From Verrucomicrobia bacterium CG1_02_43_26 (lineage in GTDB: Bacteria > Verrucomicrobiota > Verrucomicrobiia > Opitutales > CG1-02-43-26): a DNA stretch of 64,000 bases. This document shows positions 19,066 through 28,862 of this stretch, piece by piece (the stretch's first letter is position 1; every line of letters starts with the position of its first letter). The DNA lies in assembly GCA_001872735.1 (NCBI GenBank), contig MNWT01000005.1, forward strand, positions 205,312 to 269,311. Direction: 5' to 3'. Below the pieces are notes generated by a model. It was not told the DNA's origin. It did not search any database and saw nothing but the letters and a program-made list of their open reading frames with translations. The translations under genes were made by a program, and so were the position numbers.

Positions 19066-20181
19066 ATGAAAAAATCATCTATTATAATCGTCACTTTATT
19101 ACTCGTACTTGGCATAGCTTATTACGCATTTAACTCGGCCACGCCTACCGCTAAAGTAGCTGCTGCCAAAATGGGCTCAGCTGTCAATGCCGTTCCCGGA
19201 AACGTTAAAGTTCTTGCTGCTATGGAAGCAGTCGTCAAAACACAAACTGCCGGCGATATCCAAGAGCTTCTCGCACCAAAAAACACGGGCTCGATTGAGG
19301 TCAAAAGCAATGATATCGTCGCTAAACTCGATACCTCCGAGCTCGACCGCGAAATCGAACATTTACAGCTACGCTACGAGGCTGCTCTAAAACGCCAAGA
19401 AATTGGCTCCCCTTACGAAGCTGAAAAAAGAAGCCTTGAGCAGGATATGCCGCGCGTAGAAACTTTATTCAAACATGGCCAACTTCCTGAAGCTGAATTC
19501 AATAAAAGAAAGCAAGACCTTGAACGCGTCACCCGTGTCTATGAAAATGATGACCTAAATCGCACTCTTGAAGTCGAGTTGCTCAAAAATGAACTCAATC
19601 GCCGCCTCTCGCAACGTGAAAAAATGATCGTGCGCTCTCCTATTGATGGGCTTTTGACGGAAAATTACTTCCTTCCAGGCGCTCACGTCTATGGAGGAGA
19701 ATCGCTCGCTAAGGTTATTTCAAAGGATAATATGATCGAGGTCAGCATCAACGAAGAGGACTTTCCTGGAATCAGCATCGGCCAAACCGTTTCGATCAAT
19801 TTTCTAGGCCACGGCAATAAACTAGTCTCCGGAAAGGTCACTTCATTACTGGCTACTGCAAATGCAGACACCAAGCGGCGGTCTGTCTTTGTTCAATTAA
19901 ATAGTGCCGAAGATCTGGCTCCCGGCATGACCGGACAGGCAAGCATCACTAAGGCAACCCATGATAACGTTGTCATCGTGCCCAGAAGCGCTCTCACAGG
20001 CAACTTTGTCTACGTAATTAATAAGGGCAAAGTAGAGCTACGTAAGATTGTTCCAGGGTTCATTGGTTTTGATAAAGTGGAAATCAAAGAAGGCCTTAAA
20101 TCGGGCGAAGTGGTTATCGTGGAGGACATTTTTAACTTCAGAAATGGCCAACGCGTCAAAACCCAAAAGATTTCAGGCTAA
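19066..20181 (+). CDS. HlyD/MacA-type periplasmic adaptor (membrane fusion protein)
   Basis: N-terminal TM anchor, a lipoyl/barrel-sandwich motif (IVRSPIDGLL), a coiled-coil hairpin and a C-terminal beta-barrel. Confidence 0.85.
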   Translation: MKKSSIIIVTLLLVLGIAYYAFNSATPTAKVAAAKMGSAVNAVPGNVKVLAAMEAVVKTQTAGDIQELLAPKNTGSIEVKSNDIVAKLDTSELDREIEHLQLRYEAALKRQEIGSPYEAEKRSLEQDMPRVETLFKHGQLPEAEFNKRKQDLERVTRVYENDDLNRTLEVELLKNELNRRLSQREKMIVRSPIDGLLTENYFLPGAHVYGGESLAKVISKDNMIEVSINEEDFPGISIGQTVSINFLGHGNKLVSGKVTSLLATANADTKRRSVFVQLNSAEDLAPGMTGQASITKATHDNVVIVPRSALTGNFVYVINKGKVELRKIVPGFIGFDKVEIKEGLKSGEVVIVEDIFNFRNGQRVKTQKISG

Positions 20182-20183
20182 GG

Positions 20184-21431
20184 ATGAAGACTAATTTATA
20201 CATCGCCTGGAGATTTATCACTTCAAAAAAACGCTCCATGATTCTCAGTCTCCTGGGGGTCGTATTCGGCGTTGGCTTTTTTATCGTAACACAGGCGCAA
20301 ACTTCCGGTTTTGAAAACTTTTTCATCAAAACAATCCTAAGTACTAACGGCGCTATCCGTATTGCCGAGCATTTCCAGTCTACCATTCAAAGTATCGCAA
20401 GTAATCCCGATGATCAGGATAATTTTCGAGTACCGGTAAACGAGGGCAAACAGTACATATATGGCATAGAGTATCCTCATATGCTAAAAGAGGAATTAAC
20501 AAATTACTCAGAAATTTCAGGCATTTCGGAAATCCTGGAGGGGAATGCTGATGCTAAAAGCGGCTTCCGCAATCAACCCGCTAAACTGATGGGTATCCGT
20601 CTGGAAGACCATGCAACTGTTTCCGACTTACCTCGTCAGGTCATTTTAGGAGATATCGCCGACTACGCTTCAGACAATAATAGTGTCCTCCTAGGCTCTC
20701 GCCTCGCAAAACGCCTCAATCTCACGGTAAACGATTACGTTTACCTCAATACCCACGGCCAAGAAAAAGCATACCGCGTCTCCGGCATCGTTGAAACGGG
20801 CATCTCAGATATCGATAAAGTTCGCGTCTACATGCACCTCTCAGAATCCCGTTCTTTATTAAAACAACCCTTTGGCGGTTCCATTTTTCAAATCAGTTTA
20901 TTTGATCCCAGCAAAGCTCCGCAAATTGCCGCACATATCGAATCCAGCTACCAACACCATGCCGCTAGCTGGCAAGAACGCGAGCAGGTCTGGCTAGACG
21001 TTTTCAAAGCCTTACGCGTCTCCGCAGGAATAACCGTGTTTACAATTATTCTTATCTCCGGTCTGGGCATCTTTAATACCTTGGTCATGATCGTTATGGA
21101 AAAGACCAAAGAGATCGCTATCCTCCGTTCCATGGGGTATACCAGAAAAGACATTTCCAGCATCTTCCTACTCCAGGGAGGGATCGTCCTCGTGGCTGGA
21201 ACTGTTCTAGGTTGGATCTTTGCAGCATTCGCAACCTACGGCATTTCAAAAATCCCGCTTCGCATTCGAGGCATATTTTCCACAGACAGCTTTGTTGTCC
21301 ACTGGAGCCTCTCCCATTATATCATGGCCAGTGTGCTTGCGCTCATTGTTGTCATCACTGCCAGCTACATACCGGCTCGTAGAGCAGCAAAACTAGAACC
21401 AGGCGACATCGTCAGAGGAACCAGCGCATGA
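20184..21431 (+). CDS. FtsX-like ABC transporter permease (MacB/LolC/DevC family)
   Basis: N-terminal YIAWRFITSKKRS followed by a TM helix, a large periplasmic domain, and a C-terminal FtsX 3-TM bundle (EIAILRSMGYTRKDI). Confidence 0.88.
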   Translation: MKTNLYIAWRFITSKKRSMILSLLGVVFGVGFFIVTQAQTSGFENFFIKTILSTNGAIRIAEHFQSTIQSIASNPDDQDNFRVPVNEGKQYIYGIEYPHMLKEELTNYSEISGISEILEGNADAKSGFRNQPAKLMGIRLEDHATVSDLPRQVILGDIADYASDNNSVLLGSRLAKRLNLTVNDYVYLNTHGQEKAYRVSGIVETGISDIDKVRVYMHLSESRSLLKQPFGGSIFQISLFDPSKAPQIAAHIESSYQHHAASWQEREQVWLDVFKALRVSAGITVFTIILISGLGIFNTLVMIVMEKTKEIAILRSMGYTRKDISSIFLLQGGIVLVAGTVLGWIFAAFATYGISKIPLRIRGIFSTDSFVVHWSLSHYIMASVLALIVVITASYIPARRAAKLEPGDIVRGTSA

Positions 21432-22123
21432 AAAAAGATCCTTCCAACTATACTATTTTACAAGCCAACAATATTCACCGCACGCTTGGCTCTGGTGAAA
21501 ACGCAAACCATATTCTAAGAGGAGTATCCATCTCTCTCGATTCCTCCAACGTCTACTCAATCGTTGGCCCTTCTGGTTGCGGTAAAAGTACTCTCCTCTA
21601 CCTCCTAGGCTTGTTAGACAAGCCTAATAGCGGCAACATTTTCTTAAACGGTCAAGAAATGCCCCTTGACCAAGATGAGCTCAAAACTAAAGCCAGAAAC
21701 GAAAACATCGGCTTTGTCTTCCAATTTCACTTCCTTTTACCCGAATTTACCGCTTTGGAAAATGTTCTCTTTCCGATGAAAAAACTTGGCAAGCTTTCCC
21801 ATACGGAAATGCTTGATCACGCCAATGATCTCCTCACCGAAGTAGGTCTGGGACAAAAAGCCCACCGTTTGGCAACCCAGCTTTCAGGGGGAGAGCAACA
21901 ACGAGTCGCCATCGCCCGCGCTTTAGCCAATTCTCCCAGGCTCATCTTAGCAGACGAACCCACGGGAAACCTCGATGCTAAAAACTCTAACCTCGCGTTC
22001 GATCTGTTATATCGGCTTGCTCACGAGCGAGATCAAGCCATCCTCATCGTCACCCACAATCCGGAAATCGCCAATGCGTGTGACCATACACTTCCAATGC
22101 AAGATGGTCAGTTTGTGCGGTAA
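21428..22123 (+). CDS. ABC transporter ATP-binding protein (MacB/LolD/DevA type)
   Basis: Walker [10 protein letters not shown], signature LSGGEQQR and Walker [13 protein letters not shown]. The ATGA overlap with the permease gene suggests coupling. Confidence 0.93.
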   Translation: MKKDPSNYTILQANNIHRTLGSGENANHILRGVSISLDSSNVYSIVGPSGCGKSTLLYLLGLLDKPNSGNIFLNGQEMPLDQDELKTKARNENIGFVFQFHFLLPEFTALENVLFPMKKLGKLSHTEMLDHANDLLTEVGLGQKAHRLATQLSGGEQQRVAIARALANSPRLILADEPTGNLDAKNSNLAFDLLYRLAHERDQAILIVTHNPEIANACDHTLPMQDGQFVR

Positions 22124-22143
22124 ACAATACACGTAAGTCTATT

Positions 22144-23115
22144 TTACGCAAAGCGAGTCATCTGCACCAATTGCTCATACCGCCGCGCTATTTCCACCGC
22201 ACCCATTTGCTCTAGGCGTTTGCAGAAAAAGTCCTCCACCGTCAAGCTTGCTACAATCGTCCCATAAGCCATCGCCTTCTTAATAGACGCAAAATCACGT
22301 TTATTAACAGCGGCCAAATACCCTAGCATTCCCCCTGCGAATGTATCTCCGGCTCCAGTAGGGTCTCTCAGCTCCGTTACCGGGTAGGAAGGTAAGGCAA
22401 AAACACCTTCAGGGTGAAACAAATAAGCTCCATGTTCGCCTTTTTTGATAATCGTCATGGGTACTCCCATAGCTAACATGGATTCACCTGCCCGAATCAA
22501 ATTCGCTTCTCCGGTCAACAGGGTCGCTTCGCGGTCATTGATCAAAAATAGGCTGATGTGCTGAATCAGCTCTGCTAACTCAGCTCGCTTGGTTTCTATC
22601 CAGAGATCTATTGTATCCGCAATCGTAAAGGTGCTCTTTTTAAACTGCTTTAAAACATGCAACTGTAATGCCGGCGCAATATTCCCAAGCATCGCATACT
22701 CCATCTCTGTGGTCGCTTCGGGCAAGGTTGGGTAATATCCCTCAAATGCATTCATGTTGATCTCTAGGGTTTCCCGAGAATTAAAGTCTTCGTGGTACTT
22801 GCCTTTCCAATGAAAGGAAATTCGGTCATTATCCACTTCAACGCCAGAAAGATCTATCCCGCGTCTCTCCAAAATCGCACGATCGCTTGCTGTAAAGTCA
22901 TTGCCAACAATCCCAACGATTCGCGTTTGTGTAAAATAACTCGCTGCCATCGCACCAAATGCTGCAGCGCCGCCTAGGACGTTGTCGATTCGATCATAGG
23001 GCGTAATAATATCATCATACGCGATTGAGCCGATCACGAGCACTTCTTTTGAGTTCACACCGGCTATAGGAAGTCTTTCCATTCCACTTAATAGGGGTTC
23101 CAATTGGGGTAACAT
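22144..23115 (-). CDS. PfkB-family carbohydrate/nucleoside kinase
   Basis: DPTGAGDTFAGG anion-hole motif and an N-terminal GG dipeptide motif (NVLGGAA). Confidence 0.85.
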   Translation of the reverse strand: MLPQLEPLLSGMERLPIAGVNSKEVLVIGSIAYDDIITPYDRIDNVLGGAAAFGAMAASYFTQTRIVGIVGNDFTASDRAILERRGIDLSGVEVDNDRISFHWKGKYHEDFNSRETLEINMNAFEGYYPTLPEATTEMEYAMLGNIAPALQLHVLKQFKKSTFTIADTIDLWIETKRAELAELIQHISLFLINDREATLLTGEANLIRAGESMLAMGVPMTIIKKGEHGAYLFHPEGVFALPSYPVTELRDPTGAGDTFAGGMLGYLAAVNKRDFASIKKAMAYGTIVASLTVEDFFCKRLEQMGAVEIARRYEQLVQMTRFA

Positions 23116-23126
23116 GTATTTATAAA

Positions 23127-23846
23127 TTAAGAATCAGACAGCATTTGTCTCAGAGCCATAGCTCGTCGCTGCCAAATACCGGCGTTGGGCATCTGCCCGA
23201 TAGAGACTAACCTCATCATACCAGCCTTGTCTTGACCGTCTTTCATTAACAACAGGGCTAAATGATAGGCTGCTTCAGCACGATATGCGCTCATCAAACG
23301 ATCATCGCTTACAATTTCTTCCAAAAGCATTCTGCCTTGCTCATCATTACCGGATAAAATAGTCGCCATTCCGATTCCTAGCCGCGCGCGGCCTGCGAGA
23401 AAGTTCTCCTTTAAGCCCGCTTTTGACTTTTGATACCAGGTCAGTGCATTTTTATAATCACCTTCGCTGTATGCGCTATCTGCAAATTCTAGCATCGTCA
23501 CTGCGGCTAAAATTTCATTTGGGTTGGCTTTTACAAAAGCCTCTTGCTGCGCTTTCGTTTTTGCGGCAACAAAGGCCTTCTGTACCTTTGACGCATGCCA
23601 GCTTTGGTATAAATTCACCCCAGGAATAGCCAATCCTAATAATACGACCACAACAATAACAGAAGTGATTAGGCGTTTGTTATTTTTGAGAAAAATCCAT
23701 AATTTATCCTCAAAAGAAGATTGTTGAAAAACACCTTCAATCACATTACCGGCGCTTTCGCCTTTGCTATGATGTTTCTTACCATGGGGAGCTTTATGAT
23801 CCTGAGTCATGTAAACCATTAGGCTAAAAAAGTTCTCATCGGTCAA
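23127..23846 (-). CDS. TPR-repeat membrane-anchored protein (YfgM-like architecture)
   Basis: Basic N-terminus, a single TM helix (LITSVIVVVVLLGLAIPGV), then TPR-like helices. The start is ambiguous: TTG at 23846, or ATG at 23819 or 23810. Confidence 0.6.
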   Translation of the reverse strand: MTDENFFSLMVYMTQDHKAPHGKKHHSKGESAGNVIEGVFQQSSFEDKLWIFLKNNKRLITSVIVVVVLLGLAIPGVNLYQSWHASKVQKAFVAAKTKAQQEAFVKANPNEILAAVTMLEFADSAYSEGDYKNALTWYQKSKAGLKENFLAGRARLGIGMATILSGNDEQGRMLLEEIVSDDRLMSAYRAEAAYHLALLLMKDGQDKAGMMRLVSIGQMPNAGIWQRRAMALRQMLSDS

Positions 23847-23908
23847 CTAAATACAGTGCTACCGCTTTACTTTTGCCAATAGGATTGAAAGTGGTCTCAA
23901 AGCTATAC

Positions 23909-25648
23909 TCACACAAGGTTTTCTTGAAGCATAAGATTCGTATTGCCGTTGCCCCCATTATTAGGTGTCGTTACTTGAGAGTTCGATTCTTGCATCATTT
24001 TCCGTAAGGCCTCTTGAAGGCTTGTGCTTTGGGTATTAGCTAACATTTGTTCTAAATCTTCAAGCCTTTCGTTGCGTTGTCTACGCTGAGGAAGCACCCA
24101 GCGTTTACGAACACACCAAACAATGACATCAATGGGAGCCCCTATAATCATTCCTATAACAGCCAGAATTACGCCTCCACCTAAGCTTTCTAGAGACTCC
24201 ACAAAAGCTTTTGCGGTCGCATCCGTAATATTACTATTAATTGTTGTAAATAAAGCCTTTATAACTGATCCCAAAACATATGTGCCAAGTAAAAACCCAC
24301 ACAAACCTCCTATTGCCGTAAATTTCCAGCCACTATTCCAAAGCCACTTAATAGCTCGAGTAACGAGCTCAGTTGGACTTGAAGGGGCGCTTGTGTTAGC
24401 CGTGTTATTATTTGCATTCTCAACATTCCCACCTTCTTGATTGGTTCCGGTTTCATTTTGCCCTCCACCCAGAACCTCGTCTATACTGGTACCGAAGTCA
24501 GACGTAAACCATCCACCAGCTCCATTGGTCTCTAATTTTCGGGATAGGCGTTTATTTTTCTTAATCAAATCAGCAATCAACGTCAACATCTCCTCACGCT
24601 CTTTTTCGTGTGGATCAACCTCTTCCTCTTCCCTAGGACTCTGAACTTTTTTTAATTCTTCAGAAACCCTTTTCTCCATTTTGTTTATAATCTCATGATT
24701 ACATTCCATCTGGCTTTTTGTTTTATTGCCACGTTGCTTCTTAAGATCTTCTTTTACTTCCTCAGTTGCACCTGTTAAAAACTCCACTAATTTTGTCTTC
24801 AAAAACTTGTCCACTTGATCTTCATCTAGAAGAACTTTTTTTTCATACTCCTCCCTTTCATCATTCTGATTTTCAATATCGCTCACTTCTATCGCCTTCT
24901 CATTACCTACCTCTGTCTTCTCCCTCTTGGTTGACAACCTCAAGATCTTTTCCTTTGTACGGCTTTCTAACTCAAGATCTTTAGTCTTTCGCATCTCTCT
25001 TGATTTCTTCAAGCTTCTTGCCTGCTTTACGAAATTATCTATCAATCTTTTTTGATTTTCTTCCAATTCCTTTTCTTTCGGTTTCTCCTCAATAATTATT
25101 TCCTCCTTTTTGATGGTATCGATAATTTTTTCTTCAACAATCTCTTCGTTAACGGATATGTTCTCTTCTTTCTTTTCTTCTTCAAGGTTGATCAATCTTT
25201 TTTCCTCTAGAATAGAGTCTTTGCGCTCCACTAACAAGTTTTCGTGATCATTCCCCCTGCCGTCAGGGGTATTTTTTCCTGAGCTTATTTTCTCCTCCTC
25301 TTCCACTATTTTCTTAGATACTTGGTTTACGACTTGCCCCAGAAGCTCCCACATATTTCGTTTAGATTCTTTCTCCTCTAAGCGTTCATTGCTTTCCTCA
25401 ACCTCCTCCGTCTTTACCTCTTTTATATCTAATAAATTTTCCTGGTTAGATCTAATATCAATAACGATCTCATTTATATTGTTATTTTTATCAAATTTCT
25501 GCTCTTTGATCTTGGGTGTATTAGGATCGTCTTTAACAATCGTCACGCCACTCTCGTTCTGCTTTAAATTTTCCTTTTTACTATTTTTCGTAGGAGTGTT
25601 TACGGGTGAATTCTTATTACTGCCAGTAGATTTCTTAAATATATTCAT
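23909..25648 (-). CDS. Lys/Glu-rich low-complexity protein with a C-terminal double-TM hairpin (hypothetical)
   Basis: Long uninterrupted ORF of about 580 aa. The first about 400 aa are E/K/N/I-rich and look like coiled coil. Then come a G/N/T-rich linker and two TM helices (FTAIGGLCGFLLGTYVLGSVI and GGVILAVIGMIIGAPIDVIVWCV). ATG at 25648 is preferred over the TTG at 25678. Confidence 0.7.
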   Translation of the reverse strand: MNIFKKSTGSNKNSPVNTPTKNSKKENLKQNESGVTIVKDDPNTPKIKEQKFDKNNNINEIVIDIRSNQENLLDIKEVKTEEVEESNERLEEKESKRNMWELLGQVVNQVSKKIVEEEEKISSGKNTPDGRGNDHENLLVERKDSILEEKRLINLEEEKKEENISVNEEIVEEKIIDTIKKEEIIIEEKPKEKELEENQKRLIDNFVKQARSLKKSREMRKTKDLELESRTKEKILRLSTKREKTEVGNEKAIEVSDIENQNDEREEYEKKVLLDEDQVDKFLKTKLVEFLTGATEEVKEDLKKQRGNKTKSQMECNHEIINKMEKRVSEELKKVQSPREEEEVDPHEKEREEMLTLIADLIKKNKRLSRKLETNGAGGWFTSDFGTSIDEVLGGGQNETGTNQEGGNVENANNNTANTSAPSSPTELVTRAIKWLWNSGWKFTAIGGLCGFLLGTYVLGSVIKALFTTINSNITDATAKAFVESLESLGGGVILAVIGMIIGAPIDVIVWCVRKRWVLPQRRQRNERLEDLEQMLANTQSTSLQEALRKMMQESNSQVTTPNNGGNGNTNLMLQENLV

Positions 25649-25940
25649 AAATCCGGGGTATTTTTGGGGTTCAATCAATCTTCAGAATCGAAGCTGATTC
25701 ATTTGGGGTACAAGACGTTATAAATAAATAATTTTTCTTAAACTAGCAAACGTTTCTTGAAATTCATGAGTTCACTCAAATAATAATCCGTATCATTTTT
25801 TGGTTCTAAAATGCGTATCTGTTTTTTGGATACTTTCTCCATTGATGCAAAACATCAACTATCATAAGCGCACGTAAACAGGGTTTACAATTAAAGCAAA
25901 AGTCATCTCAAAGACCCTCCATACACCCAAAAATCCGTAA

Positions 25941-25969
25941 TTGACCTCCACCCCCTAAGTAATTGTAAT
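25941..25969 (+). promoter_or_regulatory. Putative promoter of the folPBK operon
   Basis: TTGACC (25941-25946), a 17 nt spacer, then TGTAAT (25964-25969). Only 9 nt separate the -10 element from the folP ATG. Confidence 0.3.
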
Positions 25970-25978
25970 ATAACAGGT

Positions 25979-26806
25979 ATGGACAATCACACAGATCTCT
26001 TTTCTACTGCCCCCTACCAGATTATGGGCATCCTTAATGTTACCCCGGATTCTTTCTCTGATGGAGGCAAGTTCACAGATCCCTATCGCGCCTTAGAGCA
26101 CGCCAAAAGCATGGTCTTGGCCGGTGCCACAATCGTAGATATTGGAGGAGAATCTAGCAGACCCGACCACACACCTATCACCGAGACCGAAGAACTTAAA
26201 CGCGTCATCCCTATTATTGAGTGCCTGGTAAAACAAATTCGCATTCCAATATCCATAGACACTTGCAAATCAAATGTCGCTGATGCCGCCCTCAAAGGAG
26301 GCGCCAAGATAGTTAATGACATCTGGGGCTTCCAAAAAGACGCAAAAATGGCTCATGTTGCAGCTAAACACAATGCCAGAGTCATTCTCATGCACAATCA
26401 AGAAGGTACTTTCTATCCAGGAGATTTAATAGACTCCATAAAATGTTTCTTAAACAACTCTATCAAGATTGCGACTGATGCAGGCGTCCCTGAAAGTCAC
26501 ATCTGGCTAGATCCTGGGTTCGGTTTCGGCAAAGATCCGGATCAAAACATGGAACTCCTCGGTCGCCTCGATGAAATCGTAGCCATGGGTTATCCAGTCG
26601 TCCTGGGTACGTCGCGTAAGTCCACATTGAGTTCCTTACTTAATCTCCCCCCAAAAGAGCTTGCAAGCGCTACTGCAGCAACTACTGTCATGGGAATGGC
26701 TGCCGGCGCATCTATCTTTCGTGTCCATGACGTTAAAGATAACTACCGTGCCATGAAGGTTGCTGAAGCCATTTTAAAAAGAAAACAAGAACCGGTCCCG
26801 GCTTAA
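25979..26806 (+). CDS. folP: Dihydropteroate synthase
   Basis: IMGILNVTPDSFSDGG, DIGGESSRP and DPGFGFGK motifs. Confidence 0.95.
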   Translation: MDNHTDLFSTAPYQIMGILNVTPDSFSDGGKFTDPYRALEHAKSMVLAGATIVDIGGESSRPDHTPITETEELKRVIPIIECLVKQIRIPISIDTCKSNVADAALKGGAKIVNDIWGFQKDAKMAHVAAKHNARVILMHNQEGTFYPGDLIDSIKCFLNNSIKIATDAGVPESHIWLDPGFGFGKDPDQNMELLGRLDEIVAMGYPVVLGTSRKSTLSSLLNLPPKELASATAATTVMGMAAGASIFRVHDVKDNYRAMKVAEAILKRKQEPVPA

Positions 26807-26809
26807 AAG

Positions 26810-27169
26810 ATGGATGCGATTATCTTAAAAGGAATGACTTTTTTCGGCCACCACGGCTACTTCCCAGAAGAGCGCAAGCTTGGACAAAAGTTTATAGTTG
26901 ATCTTGAGCTTACGCTAAACCTCAAGCCCGCCGGAGAAAGCGATGATATCACCAAATCCGTCAATTACGCCGAGATATTCCAATTGATTAAAGAAACTGT
27001 AGAGCAAACCCAATTCCACCTTATCGAAGGGCTTGCAGAACACATTAGCACGCTTCTTTTAAAAAACTATTCCCTTATTCAGGAAATCGCCCTAACCATA
27101 ACAAAGCCCTCGGTAGCCATTCAGGGCATTTGTGAGTCAGCAGGCATCAGACTCAACAGAAAGCGATAA
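26810..27169 (+). CDS. folB: Dihydroneopterin aldolase
   Basis: 119 aa with GHHGYFPEERKLGQKF, typical of FolB. It lies between folP and folK. Confidence 0.9.
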   Translation: MDAIILKGMTFFGHHGYFPEERKLGQKFIVDLELTLNLKPAGESDDITKSVNYAEIFQLIKETVEQTQFHLIEGLAEHISTLLLKNYSLIQEIALTITKPSVAIQGICESAGIRLNRKR

Positions 27170-27594
27170 TGATGACGGAGGCTTATATTGCCCTCGGTAG
27201 CAACTTAGGCGACCGTAACGACTATTTAAACAAAGCTATTGGGCTCTTAGCAGAGACTGATGGCATCACCTTAAGGGCAACTTCGTCTTACCACGAAACA
27301 GAGCCTGTTGGCTATCTCGATCAGGGAATGTTTTTAAACGCTGTTGTGCTATTAGACACAACCCTTTCTCCTCACGAGCTTCTAGCTCGCTGCCAACAAA
27401 TAGAACAACGTTTAGGCAGAGAACGTCCTTTTCAGAACGCACCCAGAACCATCGATCTCGATATCCTTCTCTACGGCACGCTAGAAATGAACGGTGCCGA
27501 ACTCATCATCCCTCACCCTCGCATGATGGAGCGTTCCTTCGTACTCCTCCCGCTCAACGAAATCATGGTGACTCATAGCCTATACCTAGTGTGA
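27169..27594 (+). CDS. folK: 2-amino-4-hydroxy-6-hydroxymethyldihydropteridine pyrophosphokinase
   Basis: YIALGSNLGD, RTIDLDILLY and PHPRMMERSFVLLPL motifs. TAATG overlap with folB. Confidence 0.93.
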   Translation: MMTEAYIALGSNLGDRNDYLNKAIGLLAETDGITLRATSSYHETEPVGYLDQGMFLNAVVLLDTTLSPHELLARCQQIEQRLGRERPFQNAPRTIDLDILLYGTLEMNGAELIIPHPRMMERSFVLLPLNEIMVTHSLYLV

Positions 27595-27704
27595 TAATCG
27601 CATATTGTTGTAAAAATATTACATTATTTTCTTGTTTTTTACAGAAATTATTCATAACGTAAAAATAACCCCTAAAGCCATACTATAACCTCGCACAACA
27701 ACAA

Positions 27705-28697
27705 ATGAACAGAGGATGGTTTATGAATACACAACTGAGCAGGCTAAACTCTATGCCTATCCTTCGCAGAAGAGAAAGCATAGAAAAAACGATTGAAGAA
27801 AAAAAGGAAACCGTTTTTGAGGAAATCAAGAATGAAAAAAAAGAAACGCTGGATATTCCACTTTTGGATTTATCTTCCCTTAATAAAAAGCTTAATAAAA
27901 CTGGGCTCAAGGAAGGTGAATACCAAATCGTTATCTTAGATGAGCAATTAGAGGATCGCAAGGTGAGCAAAGAAGACAATCTTCTTGAACTGAAACGAGA
28001 TATCAAGAAATTGGTAACCAAAAGCAAGAGCGATTCGGCTTTAAAACGCAGATCCCTTCAAATTGAAAACAAAGAGCAACAAATAGTGAACAGGCTCTCT
28101 TTATCGCCAACGTCCATACGCATGCAGCTTAGTAATGGTAATGAAATCATCACTAAAGAAGTCATCTCCCACAATCAACCAATTATCATCAACATACTCA
28201 ATGAACATTCGTGCTCTTCAGGTAAATCCAGCAGAAGGGGATCAACAGATAGTAGCAGTAGTCGACCATCAATCGATTTTGATGAGATAAAAAGCATAAC
28301 AGATGGGGACGGCATAAACCTGCTCAGCAAAGGACCATCGGTTGTCGCAAGCTCGCTCAAGAACATTGCCGGATTCATGCCAAACTACGGCATCTTTATG
28401 GTTTCAGGGGGAACGCTTTGTTTCATCGTTGGATTGGGCGTGGGCGCTGCTGTCGGTGTCGCTGCAGAAGGTGTTGGCGTTGTACCCGGCATGGCAATTG
28501 GAGGCGCTAGCGGCCTCATTCTTGGTATTACAGGAGGCCTGGCGATCGATGTTGGAATTACGGTCACCAAAAAAATCATTAAACATGTAAAAAAACAACA
28601 GGCACTTAAACAACAAACCCAAAACAGGATTAAGAAGCAACCTTCTCTGGTAGAAAAAACGATTAGTCGAATACTCCCCAAAAAGGCTACTATTTAG
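27705..28697 (+). CDS. Lys/Glu/Ser-rich protein with a C-terminal glycine-zipper double-TM hairpin (hypothetical)
   Basis: 330-aa ORF. It has an E/K-rich N-terminus, a Ser-rich stretch (SSGKSSRRGSTDSSSSRPS), a bilobed hydrophobic segment (GIFMVSGGTLCFIVGLGVGAAVGVAAEGVGVVPGMAIGGASGLILGITGGLAIDVGITV) and a basic tail. Confidence 0.7.
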   Translation: MNRGWFMNTQLSRLNSMPILRRRESIEKTIEEKKETVFEEIKNEKKETLDIPLLDLSSLNKKLNKTGLKEGEYQIVILDEQLEDRKVSKEDNLLELKRDIKKLVTKSKSDSALKRRSLQIENKEQQIVNRLSLSPTSIRMQLSNGNEIITKEVISHNQPIIINILNEHSCSSGKSSRRGSTDSSSSRPSIDFDEIKSITDGDGINLLSKGPSVVASSLKNIAGFMPNYGIFMVSGGTLCFIVGLGVGAAVGVAAEGVGVVPGMAIGGASGLILGITGGLAIDVGITVTKKIIKHVKKQQALKQQTQNRIKKQPSLVEKTISRILPKKATI

Positions 28698-28721
28698 CAA
28701 CTTACAAATAGTTCGATCCCT

Positions 28722-28762
28722 AAAAGAGGCGATACAAACAGGCTTGTATCGCCTCTTTTTTT
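28722..28762 (+). terminator. Rho-independent terminator
   Basis: AGAGGCGATACAA-ACAGGC-TTGTATCGCCTCT stem followed by a T7 run. Confidence 0.85.
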
Positions 28763-28862
28763 ACAACGCACGCACTTTTTGTTTGTTTTTCAAACTATAA
28801 ATATTTAACTTAAACCCTAATCCCCTAACAAACCCTAACCTTAAAAAAAAGGAGATAAGCAT

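Noticed and set aside
28385-28700. Two 98-aa minus-strand ORFs opposite the glycine-zipper region of the 27705-28697 gene.
   Set aside because: They are artefacts of the GC-rich Gly/Ala/Val codon run, which keeps the antisense frames open. The sense ORF is far longer and has a terminator.
28812-28840. A telomere-like CCCTAA x3 tract (aaaccctaatcccctaacaaaccctaacc).
   Set aside because: It is short and imperfect, and it lies in a 5' leader. It is more simply explained as another C/A-rich untranslated leader than as a telomeric or repeat element.
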